Positions 1-10,901 of a stretch of DNA of 64,000 nucleotides are shown here, in pieces (within the stretch, counting starts at the first letter, position 1; each line of letters begins with the position of its first letter). Source of the DNA: Lepidodermella squamata (lineage: Eukaryota > Animalia > Gastrotricha); NCBI GenBank assembly GCA_047495785.1, contig JBLDXI010000004.1:2294001-2358000 (forward strand). Reading direction: 5' to 3'. Position numbers and translations under genes: made by a program. A model generated the notes under the pieces. It was not told where the DNA came from. It saw only the letters and a list, made by a program, of their open reading frames with translations, and did no database searches.

Positions 1-229
1 GAACATTAATTTCGAATAATTTGCTCGAATGCATAAAAGTATAAAATGATGCAAAAAACAATCTGTCGAATTAGCCAAAATGACGCCGAATGACGATAGT
101 CCAGTATTTTTCTTAATTTCTCACCTCGATAAACCTATAAAACAGCCTTTGGCCCGTAAATTAGGAGAGCAGGCTATTCACTATTGGTAGATTCAGCTTT
201 GAATCAATTTGATAAAAGTTAAGCCTACC

Positions 230-1750
230 ACTGTCATAGGAGACGGGCACGTATTTCGGCAAACCATTGAACCAGACGTCGAACATAGGGCAGCAGGCTG
301 CAATATGCGAAAAATGCCACTTAAACAAAGAACATATTTCAAAAACGAACGCCTGCGACGCAGTGGAATCTGTCGATGTAAGTTCCGCTACTGTAAGACT
401 AACAAAAAAAGTAGGAATCCATACAAAAGTGTTCCAATTTATTAAAAGCGACTATACCTGAGTCATTGTGGCTGCATCGCATGGCATCGATTGGCAGCCG
501 ACGAAAGACCGATCGCTTTGCAGGAAACATCGATTGAAGGGCACGAAATCGGGATTATTTCGGACAACTGTATAAATAAATCAGAATAAACCTGGTTCAA
601 GACATTGTAACTGCGAAAAAAACCGGTAAAATTACGAAAAATTAGGCTCAAGCGTGGATTTTTACGACTTATTGGTATTGACAAATTCAAACCAACTTTT
701 CTCCCGCATCATGCAGAGTTGCATCGTTGTATGGCTGCCGATTGGGGTCTGCGTTGAAAAGAAACAAACAAAGCGAATAATTCCAGAATTTACTTTTATT
801 AAAACCCACACCGCCGTTTGGGCACGAGCCATTGATCGGAATACACGTTCGTTGGCCGTTTTGGTCACAGACTGTCGCCGGAAAATTCTGATAAAAAGCA
901 ACCTCAAAATTAGGAAAATAGAATAATCTTTTGAATATTGCTATGATAAGTCGAGCTATTTTTGTTTTTTCAAACGAGATTTGTGACATTTTCGACTTGT
1001 ATTCTACGTGCAATGTAATGATTTAGACTCGTGTCCGAAGATCATAGCTAGAAATATAATTGAATCTACCTGAATTTAGAATTTGAAACAAAACAAAAAA
1101 ACAAGGAACGGCAATTTTTTCTTTTAATTTACCTTTTGTTGGAATCATGATTTTAAAATTATTTTGAATTAAAACGGTTTTGAAACGGTTATATAAAAAT
1201 GTATGAACATTTTTTATTCAAGCTGCGAGAAAATTCAAAATCAAACCAAGAAATTTTTAATTGTCCGACGGCACAGATCGTACTGCGTTGCGAAGATGTC
1301 TCCGAGAAATTCAGCCGTCTGTTTTGAGGAATTAGAGGAGGCGTGGGAATTTCATGTGACATCTCAGGTGCATACCAACACTTCGTCGTCCTTATCGCAG
1401 CCAAGATTACGAGGGATGCATCGCATGTTGATTATTTTGTAGTTGAAGCAGCTTCGAGCGGCCTGAAATGCAATTTAAGGTGAGAAATTAGCCGTATATT
1501 TAAGAACTCACGCCGGATTTACAACTCGCCAACGAATTCAGCTTGAGCCCGAGCTTTATCGGATAGGGAAAATTAGAGAGGAAAATCTGACGTTGAATAA
1601 AACGCTTGCCTGAACTTCATCCTGGAATGAGCAATTATCTTTGCAGCCAGCGTAAGAATCATTCAAACGAGAGAAACATCGTTTGAATTCTTGTGAATAG
1701 GCTGATGCTGCTAGGCTCAAAATTAGGAAGATTCGTATAATTTCAGCCAT
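230..1750 (-). CDS. Divergent member of the secreted four-Cys-repeat family (copy A); 3' end unresolved
   Basis: Exons 1750-1610 (signal peptide, RCFSRLNDSYAGCKDNC; GC donor), 1553-1512 (42 nt), 1462-1376 (87 nt, ARSCFNYKIINMRCIPRNLGC), 1318-1247, 887-693 (CDQNGQRTCIPINGSC...WNYSLCL), ~567-459 (RCFLQSDRSFVGCQSMPC), ~390-343 (SYSSGTYIDRFHC), ~298-230 (AALCSTSGSMVCRNTCP). Exon 2/3 sizes equal those of the 3617 gene; some phases not resolved. Confidence 0.7.
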
Positions 1751-2347
1751 TTTTTAAATGAATTTGATACAGAAAAACAAATAAAATAAAAATTAAACTG
1801 ATTTTAGAGGAGGTTTGTGTATGTGATCTTTTGTCAGGGATAAACAAATGACGAATGAGGCGCTTCTTATTCCATGTCCAAACACACAGAAGTGATAAAA
1901 ATACATCGAAAACAACATTGCAAAAAATGAGACCATCCGAAAGAAAAGGTCCCATTTAATTTCATATTATTTGTTCATTTTATTATTTTCATGGGCATGT
2001 GACATTCTATTTTCGGCCACGAAAGATGTGTTTTTGTGAGCAGAAAAATAATGTGTCCGAATGCAATAAGGCGATTGCCGCTCCACGCGACTGATGAGAA
2101 CGCATCCGTAATACCAAAATAAATAAACATGTGATTATCCTGGATTAACAATTCTAAAGCCATTTAAATCATAACAAAATCTTCAAAACCTTGATTTTCA
2201 CAAGCTTCTGTGAGAAATCTTTACTTGAAGATGTTAAAATGTCGTCGCCGAACCTGATTTAAATTTTGTCGATTATCTCTGCGCCAAATTTCAATCCAGT
2301 TGTTGTGAAAATGTTCATTGAAGTTCATTTGATTTCATCAATTTCTT

Positions 2348-3107
2348 GCACATTTCCCCACCCGCCGGTGTTTCCTCCGCGCGCGCGCTCCTATTGGCTG
2401 GGCCTTGATGCGCAACAGCCAAGATAATTACAGCCTTCGTGCGCGCGCACGGACGAGACCGAAGACGACTACGCCCTGCGCTGAGTCAGCAAAATGCTTT
2501 CAAGAAAATAAAAAAGCTTAAATTAAGGCAGATTATTTGTCGAAAAACTTTACAAAATTTGGATTATCATGTATTTTGTTCTTATTTACCTATCGATTAA
2601 ATGGAAAATGGAACAAATTGCAAAAGCGCGCACCGATGGCACGAGCGAGGTATTTTCGGTGAATTTGGGGTAATTTCATCAAAATATCAAAATGTCAAAA
2701 TGATCAAAACTCAAGCGCTTCTAAAAATGTAGAAAAATTGCGATTTCATGACAGCGACATAATATCATGATGAACCATGGTGGCGCGATTTTATTTTGCT
2801 TGGAAATATTGTTGAGCGCCTTGTCGATTGTCATCATTATTTCTCGCATATCTTCTTCATTTGCAGCTTTTTGAAACTTGGTACTAATTGAAAAATGTAC
2901 TCTCGATGCGCGCGCTTCACATGATATACTTATTCCCGATGGACTTGCTAGCTGACTTGTGGTTTTCTTGTGATTTTGCAGGGCGCGCGTAGAAAGCTGC
3001 AATTATTTGTTGCGCAATAAATGCGCGCGACGTGCGGTTACGCGTAAATTTAACCAACCAATAGGAATGCGCGCGTGGAGGAAACACCGGCGGATGGGGA
3101 AATGTGC
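2348..3107. mobile_element. Non-autonomous Mutator (MULE)-like DNA transposon
   Basis: ~54-bp TIRs GCACATTTCCCCAYCCGCCGGTGTTTCCTCC...; perfect 9-bp TSD CAATTTCTT at 2339-2347 and 3108-3116. Confidence 0.85.
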
Positions 3108-3165
3108 CAATTTCTTAGATAAATACAGCTGGAGAATAACCGCTGGTTAATTCAATCGCATAATC

Positions 3166-3310
3166 ATGAAATTATTAATCATCCCGATTATCGCTGCTTT
3201 TAACCAAGTGCATTGCGGTAAGTGGGCGCGTTGCTTTACGCAGTTTGACGACGCGTTCGCTAATTGCAGATTGCAATGAAAACGGCTGTTATCAATTGCG
3301 TGAATACCAT
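3166..3310 (+). pseudogene. Orphan, frameshifted copy of exon 1 of the Cys-repeat/CTLD family
   Basis: MKLLIIPIIAAFNQVHCGKWARCFTQFDDAFANCR, then a frameshift to ENGCYQLREYH; no donor site or downstream exons. Confidence 0.8.
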
Positions 3311-3616
3311 TTTGCGTGAGACAATTTACGTGGTTAGCGAACCTCTTTTAGTTGAATACCAGCCGAACGTTAATAAACCTGGCCATTTGGTTGTGTCATT
3401 CGATATTACTCTTGTGTCAACATGCCCGGGCCGGTCGGCCATACCTAGACCTGGTCGGCTGAGGGTGGTCGGTCAACTTCAACTTTACTTCTTCACTTCG
3501 TTTTTCGTAGTTTGCTTTTCAGTTCATTTTATTCAAATCTTGAAATAAATTTTCAATTCATTTTTAATAATAGGTATTAATAGGTAACCATCGAGCTCTC
3601 TGTATTTTACACAAAA

Positions 3617-6600
3617 ATGAAATTATTATGGATATTTGTCGGAACAATTCTCGCTGCGCTAAACGAAGTGCTATGCGGCGATTGGGCGCGTTGTTTTTCG
3701 CAGTTCGATGACGCGTTCACCGATTGCCGCGAACTATCAAACGGCTTTAATCGATTGCGCGAATACCAGGTGAGAAACTGTTACATTAATACAAATAATT
3801 TTATGTTTTTGTCGGCAGCAGGGAGAAACTTTACCAGATAAAGCTACGTGCCTACGTGCGGTATAATGCTCATTTTAAAATGTTAACTTTAAAAAAAAAT
3901 TAATTTGCAGACTGCGAGGTTGTGCTACAGATTCGCTAATTTCGCCGCATCTTGCCGCCCTGGCTTACCTGCGTGCGGAAAAACGAACGAAATCATGGTT
4001 AGCAAAAAAGAAAAATAATATTTTCTTCGTGGCGCCCTCGATTTTAAATCGCATGCTTCAAAATTTAGCAGCAGTGTCAGTTGAAATTGACTTGGAAATT
4101 ATTTTTCAAAATTTTTTAATTTCAAATATTCAGGTGTTCTTAAACTTCGTCATCATTTTCAATTTTTAAACACTGGAGCGCGACCTTCGATATTTTGAAA
4201 CCAGATTCTCAGTTAAACTTTAATGAAGTAAAAACATAACGCTCATTATTCCTAATATCCTAGTCCTAAAATCCTGAAATTAAAATGAACAATTATTTGC
4301 ATCATTATTTCGAAATAAGATTAAATTGAATTCAATTATTTTCGACTTACTACGACCTCAAACGAATGTCTGATTTTTTTTCCCTGCTGACTATTTCTAT
4401 TTCAAATATTTCAAGGTTGGTGGGCCCTACAACGGTGCTTACCCATTTAGAACAAATCTGGCAGCTTGCGTCAACGACTCCAACTCGTTCCCGGTTTGAA
4501 TTTTTCTCCATAATTTATTCCTAAATTTTAGATTATTTTCTATTTGCAGAATCGAAAATTTGACTCATGCGTTGACCAACAGTTCGTCACTTGTGTTCCT
4601 AGCGAGATTTCTTGCCCCAAAGGGGTAATTTACGAATTTATAATTTGTTCTCCTAATGCTCACTAATTTTCAGGCAAAAAATACAACGGGATTTCCGAAC
4701 TTGGACACCTGTCTCCGGAGTGCCACCAGTGAGTTGGTTTTTTTTATTTTTATCGAAAAACCCGAGAAACTCATTGAAATCAATTTTTTGAAATGATTTC
4801 CTTCCGTCAAAGAATGGCCATCATGGAATAACAATTATTGAACTATTTCTATGGATATTTGACATTCAAATTCAAACTACAAGGTATATGGCGCGAAGTA
4901 AAGCAAATAGTTGATTGTTTTTTTAGGCGTAACTGCTGATTCTGTGAAGCCGCACATCCGTTGCTTCAACGCTGTCACTGGAGAATTCACCGCCTGCCGA
5001 TTGAACACCTCGCGTTGCATCGCCAATGAAACCGAAGAGTTCTCCACTGGCACCTATCGAAACAAAGCCAACTGCTTATCGTGGGTAATAATAATTGAGA
5101 CTGTCCGCAGGAAAACTTGCAAACAACTGCGCAGGGATTAACAATGGAATCACAGGTTGTTGCCTCGATTGTTGCCTCCTGCGGGTCTCAATTAATGCAT
5201 TCGTTGGGTGTCGGATCGCCCAAAGCGTTACAGGATAGCAGTGCGCGTAGTAGGATCCTTGAACTAGGGGGTATTTTCAGGCCGTACGTTATGACCTTGT
5301 AAGTTTTTCGAAAATACCCCCTAGTTCGAGGACCTACTTCGCGCACTGATTTTTATAGTTTTTTAACTTTCATGTACAAGTTTAATGCATAATATATTCC
5401 CAGTATGCTGCTCGTTGCGATACGCCAAATGGCAAGAAATGTTACAACATCTGCCCTGACGGTACGAATCGGGTGAGCTTTCGAATCTTCAGTTTTGAAT
5501 TTCAAGAATAAGATTGTTAACAAATAAAGCTGAACATTTATTCCAACTCGACTAAATTCGCTGATAACTACGCCGCGTGTTTGAACGACCTGAAACCAGC
5601 CACATCTCCGAAGTATTTTCTCTCCTCGCTGACTGCTGGCCGTTTCCGTCTGCAACTCGAAGCCTGTAAAGCGGTACCAGGCGCCCGTTTGGCGACCTTC
5701 TCATCGCTGGCTGATTTCGCGGTAGCTAATCAAGTCGCAGCTACCTCTAACGTGTCTGTCTACATTGGCTTGGTGGGTGATTTCACATGGGAAGACGCCA
5801 GTCACATTCCGATCGATTCACCTTTCTGGCGAGCTGGGGAGCAGGGTGCCCCTCGAAACTCCGGCTTATGTGAGTTTTGTTCCTTTACGGGGTTCATTTG
5901 TACAGAACTGGCAAAATTCTGTTCAGGCTAAATTGACGAGGTCATTCGCTGCCATTTCAAGAAACCAGACGCGCGACCTCTGGTGATATGATTACCAAAA
6001 ATTCCTCTTTAATAATATGTGCGTTTTGATAAATCGGGATTTGGTATTACTAGGCCCGAGTCATGAGTGTTACTTGAAAACATCTTGCAAAGCATTACAA
6101 GGTACTAAGTTTGAGGCAAGCCGGCCGCCAACGATACTATTACCTTTGTTAATTCGTTCGAAATTAGACGCAATCAAATTCCTGCACTAAAATGAATTAT
6201 ATCACTCCCATTTGTCAATTTTTTTATTTAACCTTGTCTGACATTATGACAGTGAATCTTGTATTACAATGACAGCGAATCTTAAACCTTAAACCTTAAT
6301 CATTAACCTCTAATTTATCTTAAACCATTAAAGCTGTCATCATAATACACTGAGTGTATTATGATGACACGTTTAATAATGATTGTATTATGATGACTGG
6401 TTTATTGCTGACACTATGGTGTGGGATGAAGAGTCTTTCCCTTCTGTGTTTCATCTGTTAACTTTCATTCGCTGATTTGTAGGTATGATGCTGACGGAAA
6501 CTGGCTTTACAGACATTGCATGTGCATCCACATATGGTATTTGCGGCGATGTAAGTACACTGCCCTCATGTGATCAACTTCAACTAACTGTTGTTACTTT

Positions 6601-7000
6601 CGAAGAGTCCGACTAACCTTGAAGTCACACCGGCTAAGAGTAGGGAAAATCTGGCAGCTTACTGTGTCAGCATCAATAAAACTTTGGCCTCAATCAAGGA
6701 TCAAGCGACATATGACGCTGCAGTGTTGCTGGTTCCATCGCTAAGTCAACTGTTCATCGGTGGGAAACGGCGGGACTTGGTCTCTTATTCTTGGATAACA
6801 GACAATCCCTTCAACAGCACGCTGTTCACTTTGAACGGCGAGCCTGACATCAAAAATCACTGTTAGGAAAAAAAACACGGTTTCATATGAACATTCAATA
6901 TATTGATTTTCCAGGCGTGGTTCTGTCTTCTGGTTCGCTTCAACGAGCTTCTTGTGCTGATGCGACTATGGCAGGCCTATGCGAGCGTATTCAAGGATGA
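3617..7000 (+). CDS. Secreted protein, five four-Cys repeats + two C-type lectin-like domains (copy B, 12 exons, ~488 aa)
   Basis: Exons 3617-3769, 3819-3860, 3911-3997, 4416-4493, 4550-4624, 4674-4728, 4927-5084, 5404-5472, 5530-5869, 6483-6550, 6606-6861, 6915-7000; all GT-AG and phase-consistent. CTLD hallmarks C...GARLATF...YIGL...FTWED...W...C and C...TLASIK...FIGG...YSW...C...C...GLCE. Confidence 0.88.
5239..5348. mobile_element. MITE of the CAG(T/A)G..CGAAGTA-TIR hAT-like family, intronic
   Basis: ~40-bp TIRs CAGTGCGCGTAGTAGGATCCTTGAACTAGGGGGTATTTTC / GAAAATACCCCCTAGTTCGAGGACCTACTTCGCGCACTG. Confidence 0.75.
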
Positions 7001-7274
7001 GCAGCTTGACGAAGTAGTTGAAATTGATTCAACCTATTTATCGAAATTTGACGATATATGAAGAGTTTAATTAGTGTTGTGAAATCTTGGAATAACGGCA
7101 AATAAAGTGAATGAAACAACCTGAGCACACCTATATGAACAACATCGGGTATTTATTTAGCCGCGCGAATCGATTATTGATTATTGATCATCGATTGTCA
7201 GATGTATTCAATAAGGACTGCCAGGAACTCGGTCTGAAAATTAGCGGTAGGAAAACCCAGTATATGGTGATTGG

Positions 7275-7510
7275 CGATCTGCAATACATACCACATGTTG
7301 CGTTTTTCATCGCTGAAAGATCGTGGCAGCAAATCGGAATTTTCAACTTTGTCACTGGCGGCAAGGCCCAGGCTGCGGTTTTAAGGGCTGATAAACAGGT
7401 CGTCTGCAACCCGGTTATTCAAGATTTCGACGATGCGGCCATGCTGGCGATCAAGGCGAGTGATTCGCGAATTTTACTGGTTCAAAGAGAGGTTGCGGCG
7501 CAGTTCACGC
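7275..7510 (+). pseudogene. Duplicated fragment of the class C GPCR ectodomain
   Basis: Close nucleotide copy of 34240-34475 (DLQYIPHVAFFIAERSWQQIGI...AAQFT); preceded by a LINE RT-like scrap (ELGLKISGRKTQYM) and ending at a MITE terminus CAGTGTGCGAAGTA. Confidence 0.85.
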
Positions 7511-7591
7511 CAGTGTGCGAAGTAGAACTTTTGAGCTGGGGATACCTCGGTCATTCCCTCAGCATATAGTCCAAAAAAATATCGCCTACTA

Positions 7592-10013
7592 CAGGGAGTC
7601 CGTAAAGTCTTAGAGGCAATATAAATATATAGCATAGTACATTATATAGCAAGGGAAAAATCGATAATCTAGCATTTTTTCTGGATGGTATAATAATAAT
7701 AATGTAAGTACGAACCAGGCGAACACCATGAAAAACCAGGTTGCTTTTACCGAATTCTCACCGGAAAACAGCGATATCATTCTAGTCATGACGGTAGATT
7801 CATTCTTTTTTGTAGCCAAAGTGATTTTGTTAATAAGCTTAACATTTTCACCGAAGGAAATTTTAAAATTCGATTAAATAAGGCATCTAATGTCGGATGG
7901 AATGAGTTTTTGTCCCAAATACCACTTGGTTCCAAGCGTTCCACTTTGAATTAATTAATTGTACACGGTCAACTCATTTGTTGCATCTCATCTTCGTGGA
8001 TGGCCAAGTTTAAACGATTTTTACCGTGAACACATCTGATGATCACAGAAATACTTTCAAACCTAATGGAAATAGCTGGTGAAGTCATGAAAATTGGTTT
8101 CGTCCGTTACTTTCACCGTGTATTTTCAGATTTCCTTCGGTGAAAGTATAAGAATTACTACAAAGAACATTAATCTCCTTGTAACGGGAATTCTACCGTG
8201 CGGTTCGCAAAGGGGCCAGGTTTTTACCTCGAAATTTTGTGCAGCGCTTTAGAACAAATCTGCATATTTTGCTAAAAAAACAAGCGCGCTGAAAAAATCG
8301 ATAAGGCGTCTTTTGTATGGATTAGGATATAATAATAAGGAGTATGCTGGGTAAAATGTGAACTTATTCTTTTTGAACTGGAATACGTAGCTTTTGCAAC
8401 AACTTAACGCAGTTTCCCGAAATTCAATGCGGCAAATACCGGCGTTTATTGGCTTGTTTTCCTCTGCAATGAAGGATGCGGCTATTTACCGTGGGAATTC
8501 TTGATATTTCATTCGCTGAACAAATGGCATCGGAAAACTGTGTGTCATGCGGGCAATTGTTCACCCAGGACTGGTTTTCATTGAAATAATAATTAAATGC
8601 ACGGTGAAACGGGTTGAAAATTCTCAGAAAGATTACTCGCGGAGTAATCTGACCGAGCACCGTAGGATTTCAAAATCCCGCCGGTGGGTTTTCATTTATT
8701 AAGCGTATTCGACCTTGAAACCACCAATTTGTATGAATTGTTCGTTCGCTCCGTCGTGTTAGACTCGTCCAATTACTCTTGCAGCAGGAATAATCGTATG
8801 CGATACGCGTGACGAGCTTTGGAATTTATCTTCCAAAGCGGATTTACTGAGGTAAAAAGGTTGCTTCCTTCAACCTGAGAGCGAAGTAGGACAGCAGAAG
8901 TGGCTAAGATGTTGAAAATCATTGGTTTCCGACTTTGCGAACCGATTGAACTGGTAGGAATGATTCCTACCATCCCTGGTGGTACTTCGCTCTCTGCTAA
9001 AACTGCTGAAGTCCTATTTTCGCCCTATTCCTATTCCCCACGGGTCACAACTTGGATTCACGTACAAATGTTGCTCTTCTTATTTTCTCATTAGCCAATA
9101 ATTAGAAAAAATCGCTCAAGCATTTCACATTAGACTTCAGAAAGCGTGAGTTTAGCTACACCTGTGAGCGAAGCGAGCTTTAGCTAACGGTATTTTACCG
9201 TAATTTTGGCTGAAAATATCCTAAAATATGCTCATTCTCGCGCCATGACCCGCGGGGCAGACTTTGAGTACTACAGCCTTAGCAGGTACGACTCGACTAT
9301 CCAGCACCCAACCTGCCGGAGATGCGTCCTAACTCTCACTGTCCTTGCGTCCTTGAACTTGATACTTTTAGCGATAGAGATAAAACTGGTTAGGGAGTCA
9401 GAGCGAGCTGCAAGTTTTCGAATAGGAAGCGATCCACGAACGACAGCAGAAGCCTACTTTATTTATCCATGTGACCACAATCCTTATTTATCCACGATTG
9501 TGGTCCAACAAAGACTGACCGGAACAATCAAGCCTGGAAGCTCTAGAAGCTACCTCTCTGTCATCTTTTATAGACAAGAAGAAAATCGCGGCAATGCGTT
9601 TTTGATAAAATTATGTGTATATTGTATATGGTCGTTTCTTGAGGATAATTCATATATTTTTTCTCGCGTGCGCACTACGATTACATACGCTTAGAAATTC
9701 TTATGCGCGCATCTTTCATTCCGCAAATTCATACGGAATGGGGAGCGTATAATCTTCAGTATTGAAGAAAACGCAAGAAAAAACGTCTTTTTGGTCCCTT
9801 CATTTTTTGCTTCTGTTGTATTCAGAGCAGTACGTTCCTCTGTGACAGTGGATTCTCTGATCGGCCATGCAGTGCTCAGTGCCTCTGTTTTTCTCACAGT
9901 CATATTATTATTATATCACGATCGATGAAAAAAAACAAGATTATCGATTTTTCCCTTGCTATGTAATGTACTATGCTACATATTCATATTGCCTCGACTT
10001 TACGGACTCCCTG
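7592..10013. mobile_element. Non-autonomous Tc1/mariner-like element (~2.4 kb)
   Basis: TA-CAGGGAGTCCGTAAAGTC ... GACTTTACGGACTCCCTG-TA; imperfect TIRs extend ~110 bp; no transposase ORF. Confidence 0.8.
8875..8996. mobile_element. hAT-like MITE nested in the Tc1-like element
   Basis: CTGAGAGCGAAGTA...TACTTCGCTCTCTG; interior (GAACTGGTAGG.ATGAT.CCTACCATCCCT) shared with 63008-63155. Confidence 0.75.
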
Positions 10014-10248
10014 TAGATTGGCCTACTACCGCTAGCGATTCCCCGAGTATACGGATTATTGTGAGGTTTTTATGAAATTCAGTTAGTCGACAATCGGTTA
10101 CAGCGAGCTGCAAATTTTGCGACTGGAGTGTTGAGCTCTATTGAGCGAATGACAGCTATTATGAGAGCTCGGGATAAGAGATACGCAACCCAAAAAACGC
10201 CTAATTTGTGCTCCTGTTATATATGAAAAGACACAGGGTGAAATGATA

Positions 10249-10901
10249 CAGCGTTTCCTAAACCGTGTCCTATAGGACACTCGTGTACTAAGCCAATTTT
10301 CAAGTGTCCCGTAGGACACTGGTGTCCTATGGGCCTCAAAATGACAGAAGGACAAAAATAGGTAGATCCACACTAAGAAACAAGGCATTTTGGACCATTT
10401 TCAGACTCAAAATCGGGAAAAACCGTCAGCTGAAGCTCCCTTCGCTCGCGAGTTACCTATTTATGAAATATTTTATGAAAACCGGGAACCGGTACTTTCC
10501 GCGTGGTTTGGCTGAATCTTTGAGACGATAAATGACAGAATCAATTGTTGAAACTGACCCATATCCCTTGTTATTTAAGCACGTTACAGATTGCACCTTA
10601 CGACAAGATAAATTGAAATTTCATAATTGATGAGTGAATTTCTGGGAAGGCATAGCCTCCATTTTAAGATGTTATATACGTCGTTTTTCAGTGTCGAATT
10701 CTAAAAAATGTCTCTTCGATCGCGTTTAGTTTGAATTTTATCCGGGATTGATCAACAACCAATTTAAACAAGCAATCAATTTATAGCTCAAAAAATGTAC
10801 CCATTCCGAACCAAATTTCATTAATTTTAGCAAGGTGTCCTACGAGCCATTCTCATAGGACACTACTGTGTCCTACCAGACAAAAAGTTTGGGAACCGCT
10901 G
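10249..10901. mobile_element. hAT (Charlie-like) non-autonomous element
   Basis: TIRs CAGCGTTTCCTAAAC / GTTTGGGAACCGCTG, subterminal GTGTCCTA/TAGGACAC repeats, degenerate 8-bp TSD AAATGATA/AACTAATA; a second end at 44748-44830. Confidence 0.75.

Noticed and set aside
6240-6415. Telomere-like or Helitron-like AACCTTA repeats with a small palindrome
   Set aside because: Too short and degenerate to classify.
6415-6450. Extra micro-exon between CTLD1 exons (similar text at ~23490 and ~25120)
   Set aside because: Exons 9 and 10 already join in phase to make the conserved Cys; copy G has no equivalent; treated as shared intron sequence.
7111-7569. 152-aa ORF as a real gene
   Set aside because: Chance fusion of a LINE scrap, a GPCR fragment and a MITE end.
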